From Octopus vulgaris (lineage: Eukaryota): DNA of 64,000 bases. This document shows positions 51,921 through 64,000 of this stretch, piece after piece. The notes under the pieces are model-generated. The model was not told the DNA's origin and ran no database searches. It worked only from the letters and a program-made list of their open reading frames with translations. Numbering within the stretch: the stretch's first letter is position 1; each line of letters starts with the position of its first letter. The translations under genes were made by a program, and so were the position numbers. The DNA lies in NCBI GenBank assembly GCA_951406725.2, contig OX597821.1:80848001-80912000 (forward strand), read 5' to 3'.

Positions 51921-52699
51921 TGTCACTAAATCTCAGGATAATATCTCTGCGCAAGGCCAGTGATTTTAGGGAGACAGAGTAAGTGCTCAACTGGTAGTTG
52001 TTTTATTGACCCTGAAAGGATGAAAGCAAAATTGTCTTCAGCGGAATTTGAAATTAAAACGTAAAGAGCCGGGATATACACTTGTAAACATTTTGTGCGA
52101 CGCACTGACGTTTCTCTCAGCTCGCAACCTTAATGACGGTTTCAGATTGTGGCATGAAGTCTACAATTTTCAAGGGAGGGTTTAGTTGATTACACCGACA
52201 CAGAACTTGACGAGGACTTTATTTCAAGAAAGCCGAAAGGATGAAAGGTAAAATTGACCCCTGGCGGAATTGAGCTCAAAGTGTATAGAAGCAGAAATGC
52301 CGCTTAGCGTTTTGTCCGACGCACTGTCGAGTCTGCCAGCTCGCTGCCTTAGAAAAATAACAGTAACGGTTTCAAATTTTGGTTCAAAACCAACAATTTT
52401 AGGGAGAGGAGGTCAGTTGAAACAAATGCATTTAAGAAAGCTGAGAAACTAAAGGAAAACTGAGAAATCCCTACACGGAGACAGTGAATGCCCCTGTAAG
52501 ATGTCAGTGGTAATATCACTCATCAAAAGAGTATTTATATTCACGTCATTGAACAATGCACGAGAGAAAGATATAGTTAGAATAAAACAAACATTAATTA
52601 ACGAATGATATTCCAACAGACAAGTGGCCCAAAGCTATAAAAGAATAAAGACACAAATATAATACAATAGACAAATGAATCGCCGCCGCCGCCGCCGCC

Positions 52700-53580
52700 G
52701 TCGAGGATGACGGCCTTTGGCATTTTGTATTTTTGTTTTATAGACATTTATGGATCCTGAGGTCACTGATGAGTCCAATTCTAAATCGAAATTTCCTTAC
52801 ACATGTGGGACAGGTGGTTCCAGATGGAGGGACCCTTCTTGGTTGTCCTGGTCTATCTTTTCTGCACCACCTTTCTCTTTCTTGCACGCTAGTGTCCCTC
52901 TTTGATGATGGATCTCCAGTGTTCTCGACCCCGAGCATTTCTCTCCCAGTTCTCGGTGTCAATATTCTTTTCTACTCTAGGCACAAGGCCCGAAATTTTG
53001 GAGAGAGGGCAGTCGATAAGATCGACCCCAGTACGCAAATGGTACTTAATTTATCGACCCCGAATGGATGAAAGGTAAAGTCGACCTCGGCGGAATTTGA
53101 GCTCAGAACGCAAAGACAGACGAAATACCTATTTCTTTACTACCAACAAGGGGCTAAACACAGAGAAGACAAATAAGGACAGACAAACGGATTAAGTCGA
53201 TTATATCGACCCCAGTGCATAACTGGTACTTATTTAATCGACCCCGAAAGGATGAAAGGCAAAGTCGAATTCGGCGGAATTTGAACTCAGAACGTAACAG
53301 CAGACGAAATACGGCTACGCATTTCGCCCGGCGTGCTAACGTTTCTGCCAGCTCGCCGCCTTTCTCAGTGTCAATACTACATTTCTTGAAGTTGGTCCCT
53401 TTGGATCTTTTCTTTGGTCCTCCTCATCTTCGTTTCCCTTCTGTTAGTTGCGAGGTGGGAAGCTGCTTCGGTAGGCGGTTGTTTTTCCATCCGGACAACA
53501 TGACCAGTCCATCTCTGCTGTTTCTGGGTGATGATAGCTTCAATTGAGGCCATGTTGGTTTCTTTCAAAACACTGATGTT
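52700..53580 (-). mobile_element. RTE-clade LINE 3' end split by a SINE B dimer (52965-53361)
   Basis: SIEAII..QQRWTGHVVRM and terminal CPTC..KF...IGLISDLRIH; SINE TSD TTCTC(G/A)GTGTCAATA at 52950-52964 / 53362-53376. Confidence 0.82.
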
Positions 53581-54104
53581 TTGTTCTTTTTTCTTTGCTG
53601 GACTAAACTCATTGAGGCATGACTGCTCTCTAATGACTGAAACAAGTAAAACATAAAAAGATAAATACGTCAGCAACAGAGCCTCTACGTGGTCGCTCGA
53701 TATTCTAGAAATAGATCCTAAATACTCCTGAAATCAAAGTACACCGTATTGAACAAGAAAGGACGCCTTGAGTAAATGAGTAAACCGCTGTGAGATCGTT
53801 CTTGGTCATAAGTTTGCTGCATCAGAATCGATCTGGGGCCAAACAACAAGAATAACAGCAGCAACGAAAACACCAACATTAAAAGAATTCGCAAACCTGC
53901 TGCTTCCTCAATTTTTAGACCTTTGAGTTGGATATTAATATTACCATTTTGACAGCCAAAATAATTTGATAAGTCTATGCACAGAAGGTTAAAGGTTGGT
54001 TTCTGAGATTTTGTACTTATAGTAAATGTTGTTTGAACCGTAGTAATCCTTGATCAATTCTATAATCACGGCTCAGTAGCAGTAGTTGTATTATTATTAT
54101 TATT

Positions 54105-54560
54105 ACTTTTTTTTTCTTCTTCTTTCAAATTTGCTTCCATTTCTTGCCGAGTGTCTTCCCGACTCCTAGGGCAAAGAAACTCATACATTGGTAGGCCATT
54201 AAACCAAACTCAGTAGTTTGTTCATTTTTTTTAATTTTTTTTTTTTTAAGTTAAATTAAAATACATGAGCAGCAACAGTTCTCACATCGACAATGCTCTT
54301 CTCAATACGTGTGATGTACCAGTTAAGACAATCTTTTGCACTTCTTGCAGGGATGGTAAGCCAGGGATCATTCTCATATAATTTTCGGTTCCCTTCTTGA
54401 TCATTCCTAGTGCTCCTACGATCACTGGTATTGTAACCGCCTTGAGATGCCACATTTTCTCAATTTCAATGAGTAGGTCTTTATATTTTCTGAGCTTGTC
54501 AAACTCTTTCGCTGAGATATTATGATCACAGGGGATGCTCATGTCGATCAATAAGCAAAC

Positions 54561-54562
<2 letters not shown>
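54105..54562 (-). mobile_element. R4/Dong-type LINE 3' fragment in (TAA)n
   Basis: IDMSIPCDHNI..KEFDKLRKYKDL.IEI.KMW....IPVIVGALG, homologous to 11682-12272; (ATT)n on both flanks. Confidence 0.88.
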
Positions 54563-54915
<353 letters not shown>

Positions 54916-55094
54916 AGCGCCGTTGATGATTGTAATGGCTGATAGTAGTGCTTTTTTGTTGACTGCGACTGAGGCTATTGCTTCTGGTAAGTATTATGGT
55001 GAACTGGTGGTGAGATGCAGTACCTTCTTAAAGCATAGACACACCTGCAGTTACCCGGGAGCCTCACAGGTCCAGGATCCCTATTCTGATCTAT

Positions 55095-55295
55095 GTATGC
55101 AGTGGCCTCGTGGGTAGATCACGAATGAGGTGGCCGGATAATATCCATAGTCTAGATTAGTCACGCTTGGGAATTCAGCAGAAAAGCTTAATGGCGGTTG
55201 CTTCAGATAGGAGCCCATGGGGAAGGTGCCTAAGGATTCTACCCCATCACTCTCCCAGAAATAGTGAGCGACGAAATTGAATGGTTGGATGGGTA
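55095..55295 (+). pseudogene. RTE-clade LINE extreme 3' fragment
   Basis: PRGRSRMRWPDNI...L..VASDRSPW. Confidence 0.55.
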
Positions 55296-55500
55296 TGCTG
55301 TGGTTTACTGTCAATAATGATGAATTTATTGTATACAGTGTTCAGGTGCTCTACAGACTCATCAGAAAACGTTGTCAAAAGTGCTTGAACAGTGCATAGA
55401 ATAATGTACACGAAGTAAACGGTGAATAAGTCGTTAAAAACATTCGGTGCTACTTTAGCGTGCGGTCTAAATTGTTTTGTTTTTTATATGTATACAAATT

Positions 55501-55567
<67 letters not shown>

Positions 55568-56291
55568 AATAAGTTTTAATAAATAGAATGGTGTAATATT
55601 TTAGTGAACTTTTAAATCTGTGTTAAACAACAATCAAGTTTGTATTTGTAGCATTTTCAATTTTAAAATTATCGCTCTGAAACTTGCTCTATGTACTTCA
55701 CAGGATGCAACGGACGTCACGAATAAGGTTGTTTGCAATGCGATGAAAAATTATACTACCATCATTATTATCATCACAACCATCATTATCAACAGCATTA
55801 TATTTTCTACCGAAATCGTTGCCGCCTACGCAGGGCCGTTGTAGCTGCATTATAAGTCCCCGGGCAAATCATTGGACTGACCCCTATAGAATTTTTGGTG
55901 CTACTTTAGCATGCGGTCTACCTGGAAATTTTCTTGAGATGTATAATATATTTGTTGTAATCTTTTGTGCCCATTATTTCAATGAGCTTGTTAAACTTTT
56001 TTATATGTCACCAAAGAATGTATATTTATATGGATTATAGTACTCTGTGTCAACCAATATTCTGTGCATGTTTGAATATACAGATATAATACCAATATCA
56101 ATTCCTTCTGGAAACTATCTTAAGCATGTCCTTGAGAACGATTATTTATGTGGTAATCTTTTATGCCCAATATTTTAAGGATGTTGTTGAACTTTTTTAT
56201 GTCCTTAACATGTCCCTGTTACCAAAGACTGTATATATGTAATGTAGCAATTTGCAACAACCAATAATTAACGCAACCAAACTTCTACGTG

Positions 56292-56336
56292 TTACTTTTG
56301 ACAATCTTTTTCCAAAGAGTGAAACCGGTAAAGTAA
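56292..56336 (+). ncRNA. Minimal type I hammerhead motif with U3-A8 covariation
   Basis: TTACTT-TTGACAA-TCTTT-ttcc-AAAGA-gt-GAAA-CCGG-TA^-AAGTAA; (TA)n follows at ~56416. Confidence 0.65.
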
Positions 56337-56415
56337 ATAAACATCTTTTAAATTGCATTTTCAAACCTTACGTATATAATTCCACTCGTGCGGTACCCCA
56401 CAACTCCACTTTGTT

Positions 56416-56451
<36 letters not shown>

Positions 56452-56533
56452 ATATATCATCATCATCATCATCATCGTTTAAAGCGGACGTTAAACGATG
56501 ATGATGATGATGATGATATATATATATATATAT

Positions 56534-56893
56534 ACAATTGCAGCGTGGAAGGTGTTTGTAAGCCATTTAAGAAACACACAAAAGCCGTTCGATTCACTTC
56601 AACATTTAAGTTTAATTTGTCAAAGTATTTTCGTCGCTAAAATCCGCGACCTGTTCACTGACAAAAATCCGTGCTGCAGCACAAAAATCCGAGATGCAGC
56701 ACGGATTTTTGTCAGTGAACAGGTCACGGATTTTAGCGACGAAAATATTTTGACAAATTAAACTTAAATGTTGAAGTGAATCGAACGGCTTTTGTGTTTC
56801 TTAAATGGCTTACAAACACCTTCCACGCTGCAATTGTTTTCGTTCCAGCACACGATCTCAGATCAAATCACTTGCTACGCAAGTCCATCTCCG
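56534..56893 (+). mobile_element. (TA)n-flanked palindromic pLTR-like insertion (145-bp arms)
   Basis: Arms 56534-56678 / 56695-56837 with a 16-nt spacer, then a ~55-nt tail to (TA)n. Confidence 0.9.
56708..56757 (+). ncRNA. Minimal type I hammerhead motif with G3-C8 covariation (second copy on minus, 56616-56665)
   Basis: TTTGTCA-GTGAACA-g-GTC(A/G)C-ggatttta-GCGAC-GAAA-ATAT-TT^-TGACAAA. Confidence 0.72.
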
Positions 56894-56914
56894 TATATAT
56901 GTATATATATATAC

Positions 56915-56959
<45 letters not shown>

Positions 56960-56961
<2 letters not shown>

Positions 56962-57360
56962 CTTTTACTTGTTTCAGTCAGTTGACTGCGGCCATGCTGG
57001 AGCACCGCCTTTGGTTGAGCAAATCGACCCCAGGTCTTATTCTTTGGAAGCCTAGTACTTAATCTATCGGTCTCTTTTGCCGAACCGCTAAGTTACGGGG
57101 ATGTAAACACCCCACCATCGGTTGTCAAGTGATGTTGGGAGGTGGGGACAAACAGACTCACAAACATACACGCACACATATATATATACATATAAACGAC
57201 GGGCTTCTTTCAGTTTCCGTCTACCAAATCCACTCACAAGGCTTTGGTCGGCCCGAGGCTATAGTAGAAGGCACTTGCCCAAGGTGCCACGGAGTGGGAC
57301 TGAAGCCGGAACCATGTGGATGGTAAGCAAGCTACTTACCACACAGCCACTCCTACGCCT
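56960..57360 (-). mobile_element. SINE family A, full length
   Basis: Head and tail present. Confidence 0.9.
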
Positions 57361-57362
57361 AG

Positions 57363-57409
<47 letters not shown>

Positions 57410-57661
57410 ATAGATAGAGAGAGCGAGAGAAAGAGATGTATGTATAATTCACATGCATGCATGCATACATACATATATTCGAAATCAAAAAGGATGCAAA
57501 GCACACCGTGAAAAGGGATGTATAACAACATCGGATAGTCTAGTCAATCACATTATATCAAATGGTAAATATAGATTCTCGTGAATTCCATTTTCTGTTT
57601 CTCTCCTTTGTTTTATGTATGTGTGTGTGTGTGTGTGTGTGTAAGTGTATGCGTGTTTATA

Positions 57662-57712
<51 letters not shown>

Positions 57713-57812
57713 GAACAGTTATAAGCACACAAACATACACATATAGATATGCTGTGTGTTGTTTATCTGTGTGTGTATGTGTGTATGTGCGCGCATGCGA
57801 ACATGTATGTAA

Positions 57813-57892
<80 letters not shown>

Positions 57893-58178
57893 ACGTGTGC
57901 CCTACTTTCCATTGCAATAAAATCTCATATTCAAGCTACCCCCGTCCTCTCGCAGACGACTTTTAAGCTTTCCAGCCAACACTAGCGTCACAACCCTTCT
58001 CACATTCCGGGCCGAATGATATATTAGCACCGTCGCCCCATATCTTTTTAACCCTAAATTTGTCTCAGCTTTTATTATAATTCCTTTATAAGCTGTGTTC
58101 AAATCTTACCCAGTCAGCTGCCTCTCTTCGTTCCGAGTTCAATTACGTAAGTACCAAACAAGTACAGAGATCAAGATA

Positions 58179-59864
58179 CAGGCATACCTCACCCTACGTC
58201 ATTAATTGGTTCCAGGAGACGCGACGTACGCCGAAAAACGACTTAAGCCGAATTAACTTGTCTCTAGGCTAAAACAATAATAACCATTCCCAGTTCTGTA
58301 CTTTATGAATACACTTTCAATAATACTTGGTTGATAAAAACCTATTTTAAGCTTACAAAGAAATAATTTTTATTTTTTAATACAGTACAATAAAATATAA
58401 AAAAAAGTAATCTAAATTTACGAATACAATTTGGCGGTGTTTACCGTGCGTCGCGGACGCTTTATTTATGAATGCGGTTTATAATAAGACATGGTAAAAT
58501 AAAAACCCTTTTTAAGCTTAAAAAACAAATTCAGTAATTATTATTATTTTGCAATACGTACATACAATTTGGTGGTTTACATCGCGGATGTAGATGGCTG
58601 TGGATCGTCAACATCAACAGTTGACTCTGGCAGTTCTTGTTGTTCGATGCGCTCAAAAAACCTGTTGAAAGTTCCTTGAACTGTCTTCTTTTCCTTAAGG
58701 ATTACATTATAAGGAGCAAAAGCTTCATGACAAGCCTTAATCTTGGAAAAGTGTTGAGCATTTGGATCCATATCTTCAAACATAGAAATACCTTTTTCGC
58801 TATATGCAAATGCTTTCTGCATTTTCTTAATGGTAAAGTGACGTGGCTCAGGTTCGATCCCTCTTCTTTATTTGACTGTTCGTGAAGCTCTACCAAATCC
58901 TCGTTCGTCAAGGGCTGCTTGTCTTTTTCAAATAAATCTGTGAAATCCTCCTCCAAGTGATAACTTCTTCGCTCCTTAAATCTCATGAACCATCCTTGAC
59001 TTACCTTGAACTCTATATTTTTCTCATCTGGGTATTTTTTCTTCAGGTCCTCAAACAAAGACACCGCTTTCTCTTGAATGATTTCTTGACTAATAGTAGC
59101 ATCCTCATGAGTCAACCTAACAATCCAATGAGAAAGAAGACTTTCCATTTCTTCAAAGATTTTGCCCTTTTTCTTATTGATGATAGTGTTCTTCATCCCC
59201 AGGGCTTCAGATTTAAAATGTGCTAAAATTTTGTCCTTATTATGTTCAATCGTCGATAGAGTTGTCCGACTCATCCCAAAAGATTGTGCAATTGCTACCA
59301 CTTTTTCACCTTTTCCATGGCCAGTTTATCTTTCAGCTTTATAGCATGACGCTTAGCACTTTCACTATGAATATCCATAGAAGCCATGGGGGCGAAACAT
59401 AAAGTCACAAATGAATGAGAATGGGAAAGTAGCCGATAAACAGACGTAAACAAATCTGAATTCAAAACAATCGCGGGAATCACGAGTGACAACGACGCCT
59501 AACGGTAGATATTGGAACTACAGTGCAATATGAGCTCCGAAAGACCGATAAATAAGACAACACAACTGATTTCATGACTTCATTCACTGAGCTACACTAC
59601 TTTATGGTGTGTGTCTTAACGTTTACTGTACGTATTTTAATATGATTTCATATGTTTTTATTCTTATTTATTGTAAACTAACATGATTTTATGTGCTTTT
59701 AACGGTTTTCTAGTGATTTTACGATTCTAATATTCGCGTTGTATAGACGTAAAGTCGAGTAAAATGTCTTAACTTGATTTTTATTTTTCCATATATTGTT
59801 TTTGAAAACCGACGTATACTCGAGAACAACTTAAATCGAGACGATCTAAGCCGAGGTATGCCTA
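58179..59864 (-). mobile_element. Internally deleted Tigger/pogo transposon
   Basis: TIR CAGGCATACCTC / GAGGTATGCCT(A), TA TSD; CENP-B-type HTH (IAQSFGMSRTTLSTI; MESLLSHWI; FKVSQGWFMRFK); DDE region absent. Confidence 0.92.
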
Positions 59865-61415
59865 TATACATATACATACACACAAACAGACACACACGTG
59901 TTTGTGTGTGTGTACGTGTGTTTGTGTGCACGCGCGTTTGTGTGTATGTGTGTGTGAAAAATGTTTTTCTCTTATTAAAAACTATTAATTACATAGAAAA
60001 TCTTTAAAAAAAACAAGCAGGTTAACACAGACCTGATGGAAGGAAGTTTTGTGTAAGCGCTTTTTGGTGTTCTTAGCTTTTCAAATACATGTGTTATACA
60101 CATAAAATTATATACAAGTTACCTATCGCTGTGTTGTGTATGAAACACACATTGTATTTCAAATAACAACTTTGTGAAATTAGATTTATTTTGTGAGGAG
60201 TGGTGAGTCCCGGCCAATGATGGAAACAGAGTATACGCTGTGCGACAGCTTTTCACCGGTTATCAATTTATGAGTGTGATAAGGAGCCTAAAAGTTTTAA
60301 GCCCTTCCTCCATTTCCAATTTTAGCGTCATGGATCTCAAAGTACCTTTAATGCTTAAAACCAATTTCCATCACTGATCCCAGCATTTCTGCAAAGTTCA
60401 GTTCACAAGTAATTTTTTTCTTCATTTAGCTGTATTAATAAATTTAATAAAATAATTGTTGGAGTTGTTGTACATGCCCCTTACAATATATCTTTGTTGC
60501 CTTACTGGATAATTTACTGAACATCTAAAAAAAAGGCAAAGGGAATGAACCCCTACAGAAAATCTGATGGGAGGGACCCTGTACTTAACCAACATCCGGT
60601 ATCCTTTGCGGCTTCATGAATGCTGCGAACATATTGACTTCTTTTTCTTTCGTGCTATATCCTTGAGAGGAGAAGTGGTAAGTCTACTTGGGGTTAGGCA
60701 CTTGCAACCCAGGATAGCAGAGGTGATTCAGTTACTGTCTCTGTAATACCATCGACCAACGACGAAAAAGACCAACCACACTGTCGCATATTGAGAGAAA
60801 TGTAGACCAGGAAAATTACGAATGAATAATGCAATGAAAACCTAACTACAAGTATCCTGATCTTTTAGAATTTAAATTTAGGCACAAAAAAGAATCCAGA
60901 AAACAGTGACTAAGGACGTATTTAGAAACGATCATCTGTATGTATGTATGTATGTATGTATGTATGTATGTATGTATGTATGTATGTATGTATGTATGTA
61001 TGTATGTATGTATGTATGCCACGTCACTCTTGGGCGCTACTGGTAACATGTAGCCCAGTACAACGTGTTGCATGGTCCGGTCGTCGGCGACTACGCAGGA
61101 ATGTGGAAACACCTGGGTTGATGCCCAGGCGCTTGGTTGGCCCACTGAAAGTTGTCACAACATCTGTCTGGGAGAGGAAAACTCTGAGAGAAAACCTGCG
61201 ACACAAACAATATTCGATGATGTAGACTAGTTCTTCTTTTCGAGATTATATTGTCCATGTTCAGAGAGCGGGATTGGATTTGTGCAAATCCTCTCCCCAC
61301 TTAAAAAAAAAAGACCTATCACAAAAATGGCTGGTCGTAACCTTCGCATGTGTTGGTCTTATGAACAGGCGATGGCAATACTCGAATACGAGTTTGCAGC
61401 CATCATGTGTGTGTA

Positions 61416-61446
<31 letters not shown>

Positions 61447-61672
61447 GAATCATATGGCAGTGTGATTTGATGTCAGTTTATCGTCATCTGCTAAAAGATG
61501 ATAGAGGTTCGCTTCCCTGCTTGCAATACATATATGGGGTGTAGATTGCATCGATAACCAGCCGGAGGAGGCTCCTCCTGGGGTTAAAAACGGTAAACAC
61601 GTCGATTCTTATGGAACAGCCACATTCTCAGTGTAGTTACTACTTTTATTCCTCACAGAGATTTTCTAAATA

Positions 61673-62238
61673 TTGGGTTGTCCAGAAAGTTTGTGCTGAT
61701 TTATAGTAGCTTACCTTTCGACTTATTCAAGAACATGGCTGAGTCCATAAAATAGGATTTGACTACACCTCCATTTACTGCACAGTTTAAGCTATCTTTT
61801 CGTGGAAGAAGGTTTATGTTCCTATAACCTGTGTTAATTCTGTAACCCTTTAAAATGGAAGATGAGATAGTTCATTTTCAGCACTTGATGCTTTGGGAAC
61901 CAGACAAAAATTGTTGCAGCTTGGCTGGGATGTGTTACCCCACACTCCATATTCACCAGATATTGCTCCTTCGGATTTCCACTTATTCAGGTCTCTGCAG
62001 AATAGTCTTAATGGTAAAAATTTCAATTCCTTGGATGACGGAAAAAGATACCTAGATGAATTATTTGCCATGAAACCACCTCAGTTCTGGGAAGAGGGCA
62101 TTTTCAAGTTAAAGGAAAGATGGAGACGCGTTGTGCAACAAAATGGTTCATATTTGGTTGATTAAAAACGTAATGGCAAGTATTTATTGACCTTTTCCTT
62201 TCCTTAAAAAATCGGCACGAACTTTCTGGACAACCCAA
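61673..62238 (+). mobile_element. Internally deleted mariner, copy 2
   Basis: Same TIRs, TA TSD and deletion junction as 36571-37135. Confidence 0.92.
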
Positions 62239-62577
62239 TAGCTACTTTGCTAATTGAAAAACTATTGATCGAAAACAGTTGATAAAAGAGAATATTTTTT
62301 GCGAAGAATTCGTTTCCCACCAATAGGGGACTGGTGATGATAAGGGTCGAAGTTTGAACTCACTAAGCAAAGAGCCAAAACAGACGCTACAAGATTCTAA
62401 CACTTCCGCAAATCCATCACCACTATGGGCTAGTATGTCATTTACCGATCCTTGGAAAGGATAAAAGACCGAATTCTTCAGAATGCAGACAGCCGGAATA
62501 GATACTGCAACACATTCTAGCAACACTAACAATTCTTCCACCCCGCCACATTTGAAAAGACAATTTAATAGAATATC

Positions 62578-63450
62578 GGTCTCAATTCTAGCACAAGGCT
62601 AGCAGCTTTGGGGAGGGGGATTAGTCGATTACATCGTCCCCAGTGCTCTAAGAATGAAAAACAAAGTCGACTCCTGTGGCATCAGAACTCAGAACATAAA
62701 GACAGACGAAATGCCGCCAAGTATTTTGCCCGGTGCGGTAACAACTCTGCCAGTTCGCCGCCTTGGAATTTAATAGAATGTTCTTTTCTACTTTAGGCAC
62801 AAGGCTCGAAATTTTGGGGGAGGGGATTAGATCGACCCCAGTCGATTAGATCGACCCCAGTACGCAACTGGTACTTAATTTATTGACCCCAAATGGATGA
62901 AAAGCAAAGTCGACCTCGGCGGAATTTGAACTCATACTGTAAAGACAGACGAAATATTTCTAAGCATTTCACCCGGCGTGCTAACGATTCTTATTTCTTT
63001 ATTGCCCACAAGGGGCTAAACACAGAGGGGACAAACAAGGACAGACAAAGGGATTAAGTCAATTACATCGACCCCAGTGCATAACTGGTACTTAATTTAT
63101 CGACCCCGAAAGGATGAAAGGTAAAGTCGACCTCGGCTGGATTTGAACTCAGAACGCAGCAGCGGACGAAATATCACAAAGCATTTCGCCCGGCGTGCTA
63201 ACGTTTCTGCCAGCACACCGCCCTTGATAAGAATATTCTTTTCTACTCTAGGCGCAAGGCCCGAAATTTTGCAGGAGGAGCCAATCGATTAGATCGATCC
63301 AGTACGCAACTGGCACTTAATTTATTGACTTCGAAAGGATGAAAGGCAAAGTCGACCTCGGCGGAATTTGAACTCGGAACGTAACGGCAGACGAAATGCC
63401 GCAAAGCATTTCGCCCGGCGCGGCAATGACTCTGCCAGCTCGTTGCCTTA
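62578..63450 (-). mobile_element. Cluster of tandem/nested SINE family B units
   Basis: Four cores; flank motif AATTTAATAG(A/G)AT recurs near 62562, 62767 and 63452. Confidence 0.88.
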
Positions 63451-63479
63451 GAATTTAATAGGATATTAAAATGTCATTT

Positions 63480-64000
63480 CTCATTTTTTAGGTTTCTCTT
63501 TCTATGTTTCTCTTTATCAAAGAACATTGATACCCAAACACTTCTTCCATACCTCTCCCTATATATTGCTACATCTCTCTCTATAGAACTCCTAACCTTA
63601 TATTTATATATTTCCCCCTTTCATTCCTTCTTACCATTTTTTTCTTTCCTTTCTTTTCATTCCATCATTTCTGCTCTGATTTCCAATTCCTTTGACTTGT
63701 CACTCGTTTCACATTTCTTTTTCATATATATTCTTGCATATTTTTTCTCATATTTTTAGTTTCTTTTTCAAATTGCTTTTTTTTTTACCATTTTTATCCT
63801 GTTTCTTCCTTTTTTTATCATATTTTTAAAGCTATTTTCATTCCCACCCCACCCTTTTCGTTCTGTCTCACTTCTATATCTTTTTCATCTTTATTCTCTT
63901 CAGCCTTTCTCGTGTTTCTTCACCTCACTAAATAACTCCCCTCACCAAATAACTCTCGCTCTCCTTTAACTCTAACCCTTCTGTCCTCTTTTTCACACTT
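63480..64000. repeat. Pyrimidine-rich low-complexity tract
   Basis: Read directly from the sequence. Confidence 0.8.

Noticed and set aside
52766-52800. CTGATGAG...CGAAA
   Set aside because: Antisense of RTE coding sequence; stems II and III do not pair
59990-60600. Possible ISL2EU/Harbinger transposase relic (minus-strand GLKTFRLL)
   Set aside because: Only one short motif, no TIRs identified
61017-61065. Possible 3' half of an HDV-like ribozyme in an RTE-like 5' UTR (CCACGT...GG-GCTAC/GTAGC-CCA)
   Set aside because: The 5' strands of P1-P3 are absent (replaced by microsatellite), so the fold cannot be supported

Overview
AT-rich, repeat-saturated animal DNA. The SINE families and the (TA)n/(CA)n/(CATA)n load point to a coleoid cephalopod, probably Octopus (inference). 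Most entries in the ORF track are microsatellite or SINE artefacts. One host gene is recognisable although the ORF track misses it: three small minus-strand exons (31546-31600, 23340-23375, 8679-8827) splice in frame into a signal peptide plus the start of a vitellogenin/apolipophorin-type lipid-transport N-terminal domain. The rest is mobile DNA. It includes a 5'-truncated R4/Dong-type RLE LINE in (TAA)n with related fragments, L1/Tx1 and RTE fragments, two solo LTRs each with its own 4-bp TSD, mariner, Tigger/pogo, hAT and Merlin-like elements, and many tRNA-derived SINEs. The most notable signal is a set of mostly unrelated, non-coding, (TA)n-flanked insertions, several with an inverted left arm, that carry minimal type I hammerhead ribozyme motifs (Penelope-like pLTR/retrozyme character). 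Between them they show three Watson-Crick versions of the core 3-8 pair: C-G, U-A and an unusual G-C. In one copy the inversion junction coincides with the predicted self-cleavage site. All folds, TSDs and family calls were made by eye, and SINE and fragment boundaries are approximate.
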